64,000 nucleotides of DNA, from contig NW_021832829.1 of NCBI RefSeq assembly GCF_006345805.1, forward strand, positions 587,712 to 651,711, written 5' to 3'. The notes beneath the pieces were generated by a model. That model had not been told where the DNA came from. It searched no databases and was given only the letters and a program-made list of their open reading frames with translations. Of the stretch, positions 24,997-36,905 are shown one piece after another (within the stretch, counting starts at the first letter, position 1; each line of letters opens with the position of its first letter). A program made the position numbers and the translations under genes. The DNA is from Octopus sinensis (Eukaryota).

Positions 24997-26074
24997 ATGG
25001 ATCACACAGTGTCAACTTTAACATTAAATAAACAAAAATCATCTCCACATCCTTGTGTTATTTCTACTTGTCCTATTAACCAAGATACAATAAATAGTTT
25101 TATATGCGGATCATACCAATTGAATGAGGCTTTTTTAAAAATAAACATTATAGGGAATATATAAAGGACAACTATATGTTTTTATACAATATATCAAATT
25201 TAGAACCGATTTACTCTTTACCAACTTCTGCCATTCTCGATGTATTTGTTGGCGAGAAAAAAAGAGTCAATTTATCTCAATTGACGCTAATGGTCACGTT
25301 TGTGGCTATAAAGTGGACGAAGAAATGATTAGTCGACTTTTTTCCACTCAATTAAACGATAAACATCTTTTGTCATTAGACATTGATTCCCGAGACATGC
25401 TTATATCCTCAGATTTACACGGCCGTGTTCACTATTGCCAACTTGGCCAGGATTGTGTTACTATAATACATTTTCATTACATAATTCTCAGATTTGGAAG
25501 GTTCATTTTGATTCTGACAGTAATTTGTTTTACTCGGTTTGTTTTTGAAATCAATATTTACTAAGGTGACGACGAAGGTCTTTTAAAACTTTCTGATCTA
25601 AGGGTTGGTAGTAACCCGCAAGTATCATATCGAAAGTTGATCTTTCATTTTTATATTCTAGATATAAATATGGAGTTTGTGGGATTCTATGTTCTGGAAA
25701 TACATTATACACAGGAGGGTAAGGGCGGGAATCATTTTTTAGATACGATCAATGTTTGAATATTCTTGACAAAAGGAATTCTCGGGAGAACATACATCTT
25801 CTACTAATTTAGGAGGAGGTGTGTGGGGGTTAAAGTTTTGCCCGTCCAACCCTCACATTCTTTTAGTGTCTGTTACTCATCTGGATTGAGAGTAATTGAC
25901 GTGTCAGATCCAGGTTTTTTGAATATTTTTTTCTTAGCTTAAACGAATGTTACTGTTGGATATTTAGAACATGAGACATTGGTATATGTTTGTGACTGGG
26001 CGACGCCTAACAAGGTTATTTCTGCATCTTTCTATGACAACGATATTCGTTTGTGGGAGCTGGTTGATGTATAA
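24997..26074 (+). CDS. DPH7: Diphthine methyltransferase / WD40 protein DPH7 (WDR85), with micro-introns and several 1-nt homopolymer frameshifts
   Basis: CGSYQLNE, TSAILD, HNSQIW..YSGDDEGLLKLSDLR, GGGVWGLKFCP, LVYVCDW..SASFYDNDIRLW*. The first intron is GC-AG (25129-25153). The reading frame needs about five single-base corrections. Confidence 0.8.
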
Positions 26075-26203
26075 ATTGAAAATAAACTGTTCTTGAGATT
26101 TATAGTCGCGAATTCTCAATTTTTGATATTATTCTGAATAAATGGACCTATTTATTAAATAATTTTATTTAAGTAGAATTCATAAAATTTTTGAGTATCT
26201 ATG

Positions 26204-27440
26204 ATAAAAATAAAATTATCCTACATAATTTTGAATTGTAGGCCTTTCCGATCTATATTAGATTTGTGCTAATTAATGTTTAATTTGTGCTCGTATTTAA
26301 CATTCTACTCACATTAATTCCAATTAAAGTCGAATTAAATTAGAATAATTATTATTAGTGAATAAATAAATGGTTTAGACGTGTAAAAAAATAAATATTT
26401 TTTTAGAAAAAATAAAAAAAAAACCCCACGCATAAAATTGAAAGAAAAACAACTAAAAATACACTAAAATTTATTACCGAGCTGATAATTTATCGGACGA
26501 AATCCGAAAACAGAAATATAAAATAAATGGCCAATCAGAAAAAACAAAGCACCAAATTCAAAGAAATTTACCGCGAGAACGGCATCCCCAAGACTCGCGG
26601 AAAACAATCCAATTGCAATACACAAAGAATAATTAAAATTTGACTTGAATCCTTTTATTATTACAAATATGACTAAAATATATACAGTTTACCCTCTATT
26701 GCTCGCCAATTCTATTGCTCGCCATTTCTATAACTCGCCACTTTTTTGGAAAAAATGCCATTTTTACTAAGGAAATTCCATTGCTCCCAAATTCTCTCCC
26801 GCTAATTCAATTTTTAGTATTAAAAAATAAAATTTATCCTACATAATTTTGAATTGTAGGCCTTTCCGATCTATATTAGATTTGTGCTAATTAATGTTTA
26901 ATTTGTGCTCGTATTTAACATTCTACTCACATTAATTCCAATTAAAGTCGAATTAAATTAGAATAATTATTATTAGTGAATAAATAAATGGTTTAGACGT
27001 GTAAAAAAATAAATATTTTTTTAGAAAAAATAAAAAAAAAACCCCACGCATAAAATTGAAAGAAAAACAACTAAAAATACACTAAAATTTATTACCGAGC
27101 TGATAATTTATCGGACGAAATCCGAAAACAGAAATATAAAATAAATGGCCAATCAGAAAAAACAAAGCACCAAATTCAAAAAATTTACCGCGAGAACGGC
27201 ATCCCCCCAAGACTCGCGGAAAACAATCCAATTGCAATACACAAAGAATAATTAAAATTTGACTTGAATCCTTTTATTATTACAAATATGACTAAAATAT
27301 ATACAGTTTACCCTCTATTGCTCGCCAATTCTATTGCTCGCCATTTCTATAACTCGCCACTTTTTTGGAAAAAGCCATTTTTACTAAGGAAATTCCATTG
27401 CTGCCCAAATTCTCTTACTCGCCACGTTTTAGTATTAAAA
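26204..27440. repeat. Tandem duplication of about 619 bp (two units) including the left end of the pogo element
   Basis: The TIR start occurs at both 26685 and 27304. The units are near-identical, differing mainly in homopolymer lengths and at the distal end. Confidence 0.9.
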
Positions 27441-29359
27441 AATTAAATTATTATTAAAAAAAATAATTTTTTCAAATATTTATACCGCGTGGTTTTTTTG
27501 TAACATGAGGAAGTGCTCAAGATTATCCTATGATCAAAAAAGAGAAATTATAAATTATCTTATTGATAATTCTTCTCTAAGTCTAAGGCGTGTTTCAGAA
27601 ATTTTTTCGTCGCGTTTCAAAAAATCAATTTCGAGACGTGCAATTAACGATCTTAAATTGAACAAACAGAAGATTCTTGGAATTAATCCAATTTATGGGA
27701 GAAGTTCTCGTTTTTCGAAACTTAGATATTCAGCAATTGATTCTGAAATCATTGCCTGGATAGATTACATGGAATCTATTGGAGCTTGCCTCAATGATGA
27801 GATAATTTTGTCGAAAGCAACTGAAATTGCTGCGTTAACGGTCTCTTCGAATTTAAAGCCAGTAAAGGATGGCTTGAAAAGTTCAAAAAAAGGCACAATG
27901 TAAAACTAAGAATTTTTCATGGTGAATTGGGATATACTGCGGATGAGTTCAAAGACCAAATCGAAGACTTTGGATGAACATGGAAATATTCAACGAATGG
28001 TTGTATAATTGGAACAAGACTCTCAAACAAAAACAAAAAAAGATACTTTTGGTTGTAGACCATTGTCCTTCGCATAGAATAACAATCGAATTAAGTATGA
28101 TAGAAGTTTTATATTTACCAAAAAACACGACTACTGTGCTTCAACCGATGGATCAAGGAATCATTAGATCATTCAAATCTCATTTCAACAAATTTAAATT
28201 TAAACATATAATTGAACAAATAAACTACGGTGACGCAACTATTGAATGCTATAAAAAATTAACCCTGAAAGATGCAGTCTTATTTTCTTATCTAGCCTGA
28301 AAAGATGTGTCAGTGGATACAATATCAAAATGTTTTCAGCACGCCAAATGGGAAAACAGAATTGAAGAACCTATTATGGGAGACCATAAAATAAAAAATT
28401 TCGAACAAATTATAGAAAAATTAATGATCACAGATCCCATAAAAGAGGAGGAGTTTATAGACTTTACGTACTCTGAAAATGACGAACTTCATGAATTTGT
28501 TCAAAACAATAACTATGAAAATAACGATGAAAATGCAATTTTAGACAGTTCAATTACTGAAGATTGTGAAAGAAACAACTGTATTACACATCGAGATGCG
28601 ATAAAATGTATTTCGGACCTCAAAAAATATTTTTCACATGACGATAATTTTGATGTGAATATGCTAGAAATTTTATTAAAAATGCAAAAAAATATAGAGA
28701 AAAGATCATACAAAAAACTATAAATGATTACTTTACTTAAAATTTTGGTTTTTTAAATAAATGTTTCGGCTATTTATTTAAATGTTTAGATATTAAAAAT
28801 TATAGAAATTTTTTGTTGATAGAAAATGTGACCTGTCATAATGAGATACGGTTGAATACGAGCCGTAAAAAGATCGATAATTAATATACCGATTCAAAAG
28901 GCCAATTACAATAAAGGCAAACGTTCCGAACTAATGATTGAACTTTAAATTTTTGACAAAATGATGTTTTATATTTGAACCATGTTTGCTTTAAAATAGT
29001 AAAATTATTTACAACATTAGCAATTATAATGTGAATTATTTTTATTTTTGATATTATAATTGCAACATTAGCAAATTACAAGTTTGTAACAACTTTAACT
29101 CTAATCTTAACTTTAACTCTAACTATAAATGATTTCAACGTTATTATAAACATATTCATCATAAAAAAGACACTAAAGAAAACAGACCCTAACCCTAATC
29201 CCTGACCCTGACGCTAACCCTGACGCTAACCCTGACGCTAACCCTACCCTAACCCTGACCCTAACCCTGACCCTAACCCTGACCCTAACCCTGACCCTGA
29301 TTCTCTTAGTCGCCAATTTTGGCTTGGTCCCAAAATGGCGAGCAATAGAGGGAAGACTG
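27304..29359 (+). mobile_element. pogo/Tigger (CENP-B HTH + DDE_1) transposon, internally deleted and frameshifted
   Basis: TIRs CAGTTTACCCTCTATTGCTCGCCA / TGGCGAGCAATAGAGGGAAGACTG, with TA at both ends. HTH ORF 27505-27903; ILLVVDHCPSH..LPKNTTTVLQPMDQGIIRSFKSHF at 27974-28300. Confidence 0.92.
29186..29300. repeat. Telomere-like hexamer tract (CCCTAA/CCCTGA/CGCTAA) inside the pogo right arm
   Basis: Direct reading, e.g. ccctaaccctgaccctaaccctgaccctaaccctgaccctga. Confidence 0.9.
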
Positions 29360-29879
29360 TATAGGATGCATTTGAAGATTATTTTAGCTGGTTTGTTAAA
29401 ATTGCTTACATTTTTAATATAAAAAATAGACGAGGCGATAAATGGTACAAAAAATGTTAATATTGGCCATAACTAAACAAAATACAATAAATCATGAATA
29501 AAACCATGTTCCAAGGATTATATTTTCCATTAAACGAAAAGCAGAAAGACGACATAAAAAGTGCACAAAAATTTTAATATATATTAAATTTGCTATATTT
29601 ATAAAATTGATATTTTTTAATAAAATTTAATTTAAAATAAGTTATTCATTTTCACAAAGAATTTTTTCTCGGTTCATTTTAACATTTTTAGTATCTAGAA
29701 TTTAATTTTATTGATCATTTTTAGAGTAAATTTCTTTAAAAATATAAAAAAAGAAAACTTTTTCGGCACATTCATATTTAAATGAAACTAAAATATGCAA
29801 AAACTTATTTTCTTATAAACTGTCTTATTTGAAAACTTAGATCATTAAATGAAAGTTTCGAGGCACAATTAACCAATTG

Positions 29880-30200
29880 TCGCTTTGGTCTGCACGCGCT
29901 ATCGTGTAGAAACAAACTGGTCGTATCCTGCGGCACGCTGATCTAAATGATCTTATCAGGAGAGCCTTAGAAGTCGCCGAAATCCCCTCAATACTCGAAA
30001 CTACTGGGATCGATTGGGGGACGGGAAGAGACCCGACGGGATTACTGTGTTTCCCTTCATCAGAGGGAAGCCACATACCTGGGACGCCACGTTTGTGGAC
30101 TCATTTTCACCTGAGAACCTGCTGATGCTCGCATCCACCCCTAAATCAATTGCTACTACTGCATTTTATGAGAAGCAAAAAACTGTGGGTTACTTACCAT
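29880..30200 (+). mobile_element. CRE-like RLE non-LTR fragment (CCHC + endonuclease)
   Basis: GLHALSC..RHADLNDLIRRAL..GDGKRPDGITVFPFIRGKPHTWDATFVDS. Confidence 0.85.
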
Positions 30201-30569
30201 AAATACAATTAACCGACAAATCATTAATCTGATTTATTATGTTTATAATGTCGTATTAAAGTGAAGATAGATAAATTTTGTTGATCGCAGGCCGTACATT
30301 CCGTTGTGCTTGGTTTGAAAGTGACATATTAGATTATATTTCGTGAACACGGTAACTGTTTCATAAAAAATTACACATGGAGGTTTGAATCCGCCTTTAT
30401 TGAAAAAATATCATTGAATTTATTTTTTTATTAAAAACAAGGCAGTAATCCCTCTGCCGAATTTAGTTTGCCTACACCTGTATTTTTGTCTCCTTTCATT
30501 TATTTAGAAAAATGCAACAATAAATATTTACAAGAACGAAATACTGATTAAAGAAGAAAATTCAGCTTA

Positions 30570-31625
30570 TTACGCCAAACTTCATCTGTACCGGTTTTGC
30601 CAGCAAACCGAGGCACCAAAAGACCGTGCTCTGCTCCGTCGACATCCATAAAGCCTTCGACTTCGTCTCGAGGAAGCTCCTCTCAAGGAAGATATTCCAA
30701 TCCGAATTTCCTCCGAAGCTAAAAATATGGATTACCAACTCCCTAAGTGGATGAAGGGGAATGGTGTGCCTCGGTGGTCTGAAGTCCAAATCTCGTCTTC
30801 TACCCAACGGAGTACCTCAGGGATTCCCCTTATCCCCGGCGCTCTTCAACCTATATTTGGAAGACCTCCCTCCCTCGACAACAATGACATTGTTTTCTCA
30901 TACGCGGACGACATCGTACTAGCCTCACGGGACCGGAACATCCAGAAGGCCTCTGAAAGGCTCCAAGCTAACTTGGATCGGTTGAACCTATGGCTGACGG
31001 ACAACCGGCGAAGAAAACGCGGCGAAGTCCGTCACGTCCCTCTTCACCTCGGAAAAAAGATTGGGAAGGACTTCATTCGAATTAAAGCTGAATAACATGT
31101 CCGTACCCTTCTACAGGAGTCAGACGGTCCTAGGGGTAACCTTCGACATGCACCTCTGTTTCTCCCCACATGCAGACAACCTCCTTCGCAAATGCGGAAA
31201 AAAGTTGAACATCCTACGAACTCTATCCGGAATATGGAAAAACGGGTCGCACCCGGTACTGGCGAATATCTACCGCCAGTACTTCGAACCTTTTATTGCC
31301 TACGCCTACGGATCATGGGGTCCGCGGTTATCGTGGTCCAACAGGAGGCGAATCGAGGAGCCCCAACAAAGGGCCCTCAGATTAACCGATCGTTGGTCGC
31401 ATGATAGCCAACGCCCCGGTCCAGCTTCTCTGGAAGACCTCATCAAGCTGAACCTCAGCCCGTCAGCGAATGCTCCGCCAAAAACGGCCTGCCGCTTGGT
31501 GCGATCTTGTATGGGCTCGTGGAAAGATCACCAAGCGAGGATGAAATCCCTGGTTGAGTCCATCGGGATCACGTGACGTTTGTTCGGTTTTTAGCGTGGT
31601 TTTGGTGATTTAATAAATAAATAAA
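30570..31625 (+). mobile_element. 5'-truncated LINE (I/Jockey group) with intact 3' end and (AATA)n tail
   Basis: FSYADDIVLAS, TVLGVTFDMHLCFSPH, YRQYFEPFIAYAYGSWGP; the ORF ends GIT*. Tail: TTTAATAAATAAATAAA. Confidence 0.85.
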
Positions 31626-33125
31626 GTCTTTACTGAAAGAAAAACTCAAAAAGCGTTCAATGTTTATTTTTCTTTAGATTCTTAAACTTTTAAAATTCAA
31701 ATCCTGTATGCAATGTCAAGAGTATAATGTTTTAAGCCGAGAAAATTTTCAAGACAAACGACCTCCAATTAAGTACAAAAGCCTCCCGTTACGTACAAAA
31801 ACCACCCTGTAGATTATAAAATACAGAAGACACTTTTGGATCTTTGTCTACACAAAAATGTTTTCTCTTGTTTGATAGATAGGAAAACCGAAGGAATATA
31901 AACAGGTATTAATAGCACTACGGATTTCATTGGCGACGATAAAGCATATGCAACACAATAAATCAAATCCCTGGAAAGGTGTCTCAATTTCGTTATATTC
32001 AAAGCTGTCTTTTTTATTTTCAAGGTGGCTCACAATGCTTTTAAATTCATCGTCAAGGAAATCCGGCAATATTTTCCTTGCTCAGCCTCTGAAGCGTGAT
32101 GCGTCCAAAACAATGTGATCCTCCATGTCCACGTTCACGGAGGCATTCATTTTCATCCTGAGAAATTTAATAACTTTCATTTTTACGTAAAATTCTATGC
32201 AAGCGAGCCAGATCTTCTCCTGTTTGTGAGTAGTTCGTAAGTAAGTGTTTTACTACCGTAATATCATTTGCTTCAGCAAGGCGGGAGCCCAGTTTCTTAG
32301 TTTTCCGCCTTGGTTTTTTGGTATGGTCTTTTTTTCTAATCAGCTCCGTGATCTCTATTCCCTCTATGTTTACATTTAGTGACCAGTCTAACAGCTTGTC
32401 TGGTATCTTCTAAATTAGGATCTCGAGCTCTTTTTTATTGTTGGATATAATCTGCAAGGGCGATCATAGTTGTTTCTATTTGAAGAACTAGTCTCAGGTC
32501 TCGAAGAGCACCTCAGAGTAGACAAAAAACAGAATATGAAATATTGGATCTTATTGTGGCTGCCAAAAAATATTCTATAGATAAATTGAGCTAAAATATA
32601 TCAATATATTCATAGATTCGAAATTAGAATCAAACCAAATGATTGCGATTTAAGTGCGGTTTTAATTCTTATCAAAAAATATTTTGATAAAGACCATTTT
32701 TTGCCCATCAAATCATTAAAATTCATTTGTTATAATAAAAAATTTTAAGGATACAAAAAATGAATTGTAATCTTAAATTATGATTTTTATTTTAAAAAAT
32801 AAGTATGTGTGAGTATGTGATAAACTTTTAGCACAGACATGGAATAAAGGTAGACAAACGAGGAATACGCCTCTGCCGCCAATCAACTTGCGGAGCTGGC
32901 ATGTCGTGAGAACACTCAGCAAAACAATTACTTTGACGCAGAAATGAAAAATGATGAGAATTTTGTTGCAAACTCTTTTTCCAAGCGAAGAAGAGAAACC
33001 ACTGACGATCTGGATTCTTTAATAATTTAAGATAGAATTTACATAATTAATTTATGATATAATATCTTAATTTTGTGATAAATTTTTTATCCATATTTGG
33101 ATGATCACAACGTTAAATGATATAT

Positions 33126-33400
33126 ACACCCCTCGTCACCGAAAACCGGACAAGCCATTTTTTATGATTTTATTAATTAGATACGAAAAATCAAAAACTT
33201 AAGCTTATATTTTTACTTAATAATAATTGTGTAATAATTATTAATTATACTATTATAGAACTAATATTTAAAACAGAATTTCATTTACTGAAGACATGTA
33301 AAACCGGACAAAAATAAAAACAAGTCATTTAGTAGTTAATATGTCCACCATTTGAACTGAAAATTTTATAACATCTATTTTTCATAGACATTACTAGTTT
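33126..33400 (+). mobile_element. Tc1-like left-end fragment
   Basis: TA|CACCCCTCG start, as in the 60514 element, with an internal AAACCGGACAA direct repeat. Confidence 0.55.
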
Positions 33401-33529
33401 TTTCAATAATTCTGGTGATATATTATTCCATATTTCTGTTAATTTGTTCTTTAGTTCATTTTTGTTTTTGACTACATTTTTTGATAATTCTCTCTTCATT
33501 TCTGTCCATAGATGTTCTATCGGGTTTAG

Positions 33530-33900
33530 ATCCGGTGATCGAGCAGGCCATTGAAGTAAAATAATGTTTCTGCCAGTGTTGTGCTTTATTGCAACTCTTG
33601 CACAGATGCAAGGTCCTTGTCATTCCTTGCGTGATGACATGGGAAGGAATTGTATCTAAGTACCACAAGGGTTATCTCAGGCAGTTGGGAGTCGATAGGT
33701 ACATTCAGGCCTATATGCAGTCCACTGTCCTGAAGAGAACTCTAGAAAGTGAATCTGTTGATGCGCGCAGATCCAGCCCCTTAATGCCACATGGGCAGAA
33801 TTATTGGCTGAAAAATGCTCTCACAGAGCTATTCCTTTGTCCAGAAGCAGAAGAGGCTGGTCTCCAAACTTCAGATGTGGACGTGTTGTTGGATTAAATG
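33530..33900 (+). mobile_element. R4/Dong-like 3' fragment
   Basis: HRCKVLVIPCVMTWEGIVSKYHKGYLRQLGVDRYIQAYMQSTVLKRTLES. Confidence 0.85.
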
Positions 33901-35173
33901 AGCTACAATGGAAACTTTTTCTACGAGAATAAATTTATTCTTCCATATATCGGAATTACAACAATAGATATTACAAGAAATTTCGTATTAAAAATGATAT
34001 GCCTGATAATTTTCCCCGTGGAAGTGATTATTTTAGTCCCATTAATCTAACAATTAGTCGATATTTTAAAAATCATGCGTGTTTTACATTCTATTGTGCC
34101 ACACTTTGATCTAGTATAACATTAATAGATAGCAATAGGGATTAAATAGGAACAGGAAATGAACTGGAACAGCGACTCTCATCCTGTAATAAGATTTTTT
34201 TTAACTTTTTTAAGGTTTCACCAGAGAGGAGAATGAGCAACAATTCTTATTACATACTCAACAGGAGACAGGAAATGAACTGGAACAGCGACGCTCCTGC
34301 TGTAATAAAATTTTTAAGATTACTCCTTGGAATATCGATTTATATGACATAGGCAATAAGAGGCCAGATATGAACTGAGAGCGCAACTCCCCTCCTGTAA
34401 TAAAATTTTTTTGAACTTTTTTGAAGGTTTGTGCAAAGAAGTGGGAATAAACAAACAAATTCGCAAAAACGAATGACGAGTTCACATGCCAGAAGAGATG
34501 AAAGCATCTTTCAAATCTATTGTATTGGCAATCAAAAATATCACAAACAAGTCAAATAAGAGCAATTTCCAGTCAAATAAAATAAATATTTAGATTATAT
34601 CCATGTTAAATGTTCTGACACTTTAATAAAAAATAAAATAACAGTGTTGAGAAATTTTAAGAAATATATAAACAGATTATAGGAATAAACTCAAAAAATA
34701 CCACATGATGAATTTCCAGATAATGTAAACATTAAAAAAATTACATCACAGATTTTTCCTATTAAATCCATTTATATAAAAAAATAAATAGCGAATTAAA
34801 TAATAAACATCAATTCCAACAAACACATCAATAATACACGCGTAATCAATAATACTAAAATTTATAAAGGATTATTCAAACTACTCCCAGAGATTTGTTC
34901 TTTTCGACGGATATCGTTCTCGATATTGCGTGGGAATTGCTTGTGGTTGTTCTTACCTGATTCGTATCTTCTATTTATATTAAAATGCTATTACATAATC
35001 GTTGTTGCCTAATAGTTATCACACCTTTTATTATTCCAAAAAAATTGTCTATTTTGACAAACCAAGAGTATTTGCCGTCTAATGGACACCCAGTCACTTC
35101 CACTGAGAGGTCTTAACTAAGCAATAGAAACTGTGAGGAAATCCAAATAATGAAATTAGTAATAAATCAAATG

Positions 35174-36715
35174 TTAATAGTTCATAGCGCATATCATGGC
35201 CACTCCGCGCTTTATCCAGTAATCTGGTTTTTCCTAACTACTTAGATCTATCGAAAAAACAAAGTTGGTGGAATGTCCCGTGGTGGACAGAGTTCCTACA
35301 CATTCCTCCACCACATGACTCACCAGCTCTCGTCAGTGTCTTATAAACTGGACACACGTAAAAGGATTTTTATTTTCTGTCGGAATCAGCCAGATTGGAA
35401 GCATTTCCACATACAGTTTCTTCGATTTCGAATCTATCAGACGTACCCAGTCCAATCGACTTCCCTTTATAACAAGCCCGTAATTTAAGACCCACTCGAA
35501 GGAGGACTGAATATATCCTCTCCTTCCAACACCTACACTGTGATTTCGGCCATACTTTAAACGAGGAACTTATTTTGTCAATTGAAATCACGGGCCTACG
35601 AGCATAGTTTTAAAGAGTTCCGTCAAGAAAGCCTGCGGAAAAAAGAAACCCGAAATCCAAAACAACTAAGCATAATGCTTTTATAAGACCTTTGGAATCC
35701 TACCATTTATCCAATCGCCGATGAAACTCGGCCGGTCCACCAAGTCTGTCATCCAGGCAGAGAGTGATTTGAGTGAGGGATATCCCTAAAAACTAAAAAA
35801 CAGAGAATACATATTTTTCCCACATCAAAGGACTCGATTAGTGTAAAAACTCTGTGCCATGTCCTCCAACTCCTAGGACATGACGACCAGTTCTTTGACG
35901 GCCTTGAGTAAGTCTTCCAAACACCTTCTAATGACACCAAGAAAACGATTATAACTGACATATAATATTCTCCACTACCGAATAGCTTCTTGGACGAGGA
36001 CAGTGTTCATTGACTTTTCGTAAAGGACGGGGTATTTTGATGATATTTCCACTATGCTGAATTCGAGGGGAAGAATGGCGAAGATATCTCTGGCAAGTTT
36101 GTCCACAACCTCAATCATAAACTAATAAACAGACATTTTCAGACAAGTCTTCTCCGCCGGATGAATACTGTGTTTGTATTGTGATAAAGCAGTTAAGAAT
36201 TCTAGCAGTTTCATTTTGTGCGAAAGTGATATCTGCATTCTCGTGCAGTCCGAATATCTCCGGGCTATAATTGATAGGCAGGTCTCTTATATAAGTCAAC
36301 TAGCCCTGCTAACTAAAATCAGTAACCTCACACTGTGGTCCGTCGAAGGATGAGGTTGGAAAAATACTACTGTTCTAAAAAAAGTGTATTCTCTACCAGG
36401 ACACAGTCGCTGTAAAAGTCCGCCAGCAAGTAGGCGACTGTCCTTCTGTCCCAGTCGTCGGTGACTCGTCCGCCGTAGTTTATCTCCCCGGCAGTGTACT
36501 TTAAAACCTGTTTTTATATAAATATGGCTTAAAACTTTGAACGGGATTTCTTTGCTTTCCATTAAAAACATTTTTAACTGACTAATACATATCCGCAAGT
36601 CTCCGTCGGTGAATTCGTAAGGAATATTAAATCCCAGGGACCCAAATTTCCTTCTCTCCAAGATAACTCCATGAAACAAGCTAAGTGAGAAGAGCAGATT
36701 TTTAAACGCAGGAGT
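35174..36715 (-). pseudogene. DNAH1: Axonemal inner-arm dynein heavy chain (DNAH1-like), C-terminal part only, with nonsense codons and frameshifts
   Basis: FHGVILERRKFGSLGFNIPYEFTDGDLRICISQLKMFL, YTAGEINYGGRVTDDWDRR, PEIFGLHENADITFAQNET, YPVLYEKSMNTVLVQE, FWISGFFFPQAFLT, CPVYKTLTRAGTLSTTGHSTN, YWIKRGVAMICAMNY*. Introns are 23-28 nt. In-frame stops at 35873-75, 35610-12 and 35234-36. Confidence 0.85.
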
Positions 36716-36905
36716 CTATTTAAAAAAAGGTTCACCAATTTTGAATATTTAAAATAATTAATGTCACAGGCTTGAAGGGACCCACCCTAATTAAATATTT
36801 CATAAACTTAAAAAATAAATATTTAAAAGAAACAAAATTTAACTTAAGCTAGACTATTTAATTTAGATTCTCAGTCCCGATTATTGGGAATCTCTCTCCT
36901 CCTTT

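Noticed and set aside
9638-35875. Stop-codon reassignment (TGA=Trp, TAA/TAG=Gln), suggested by TGA at a conserved Trp in the SAPS-like gene and TAA at a conserved Gln in the dynein
   Set aside because: PCF11 and ERCC6L contain no in-frame stops over their whole length and use TGG/CAA/CAG normally. Other stops fall at expected Leu or Tyr positions and co-occur with frameshifts. Decay or sequence error explains the data better.
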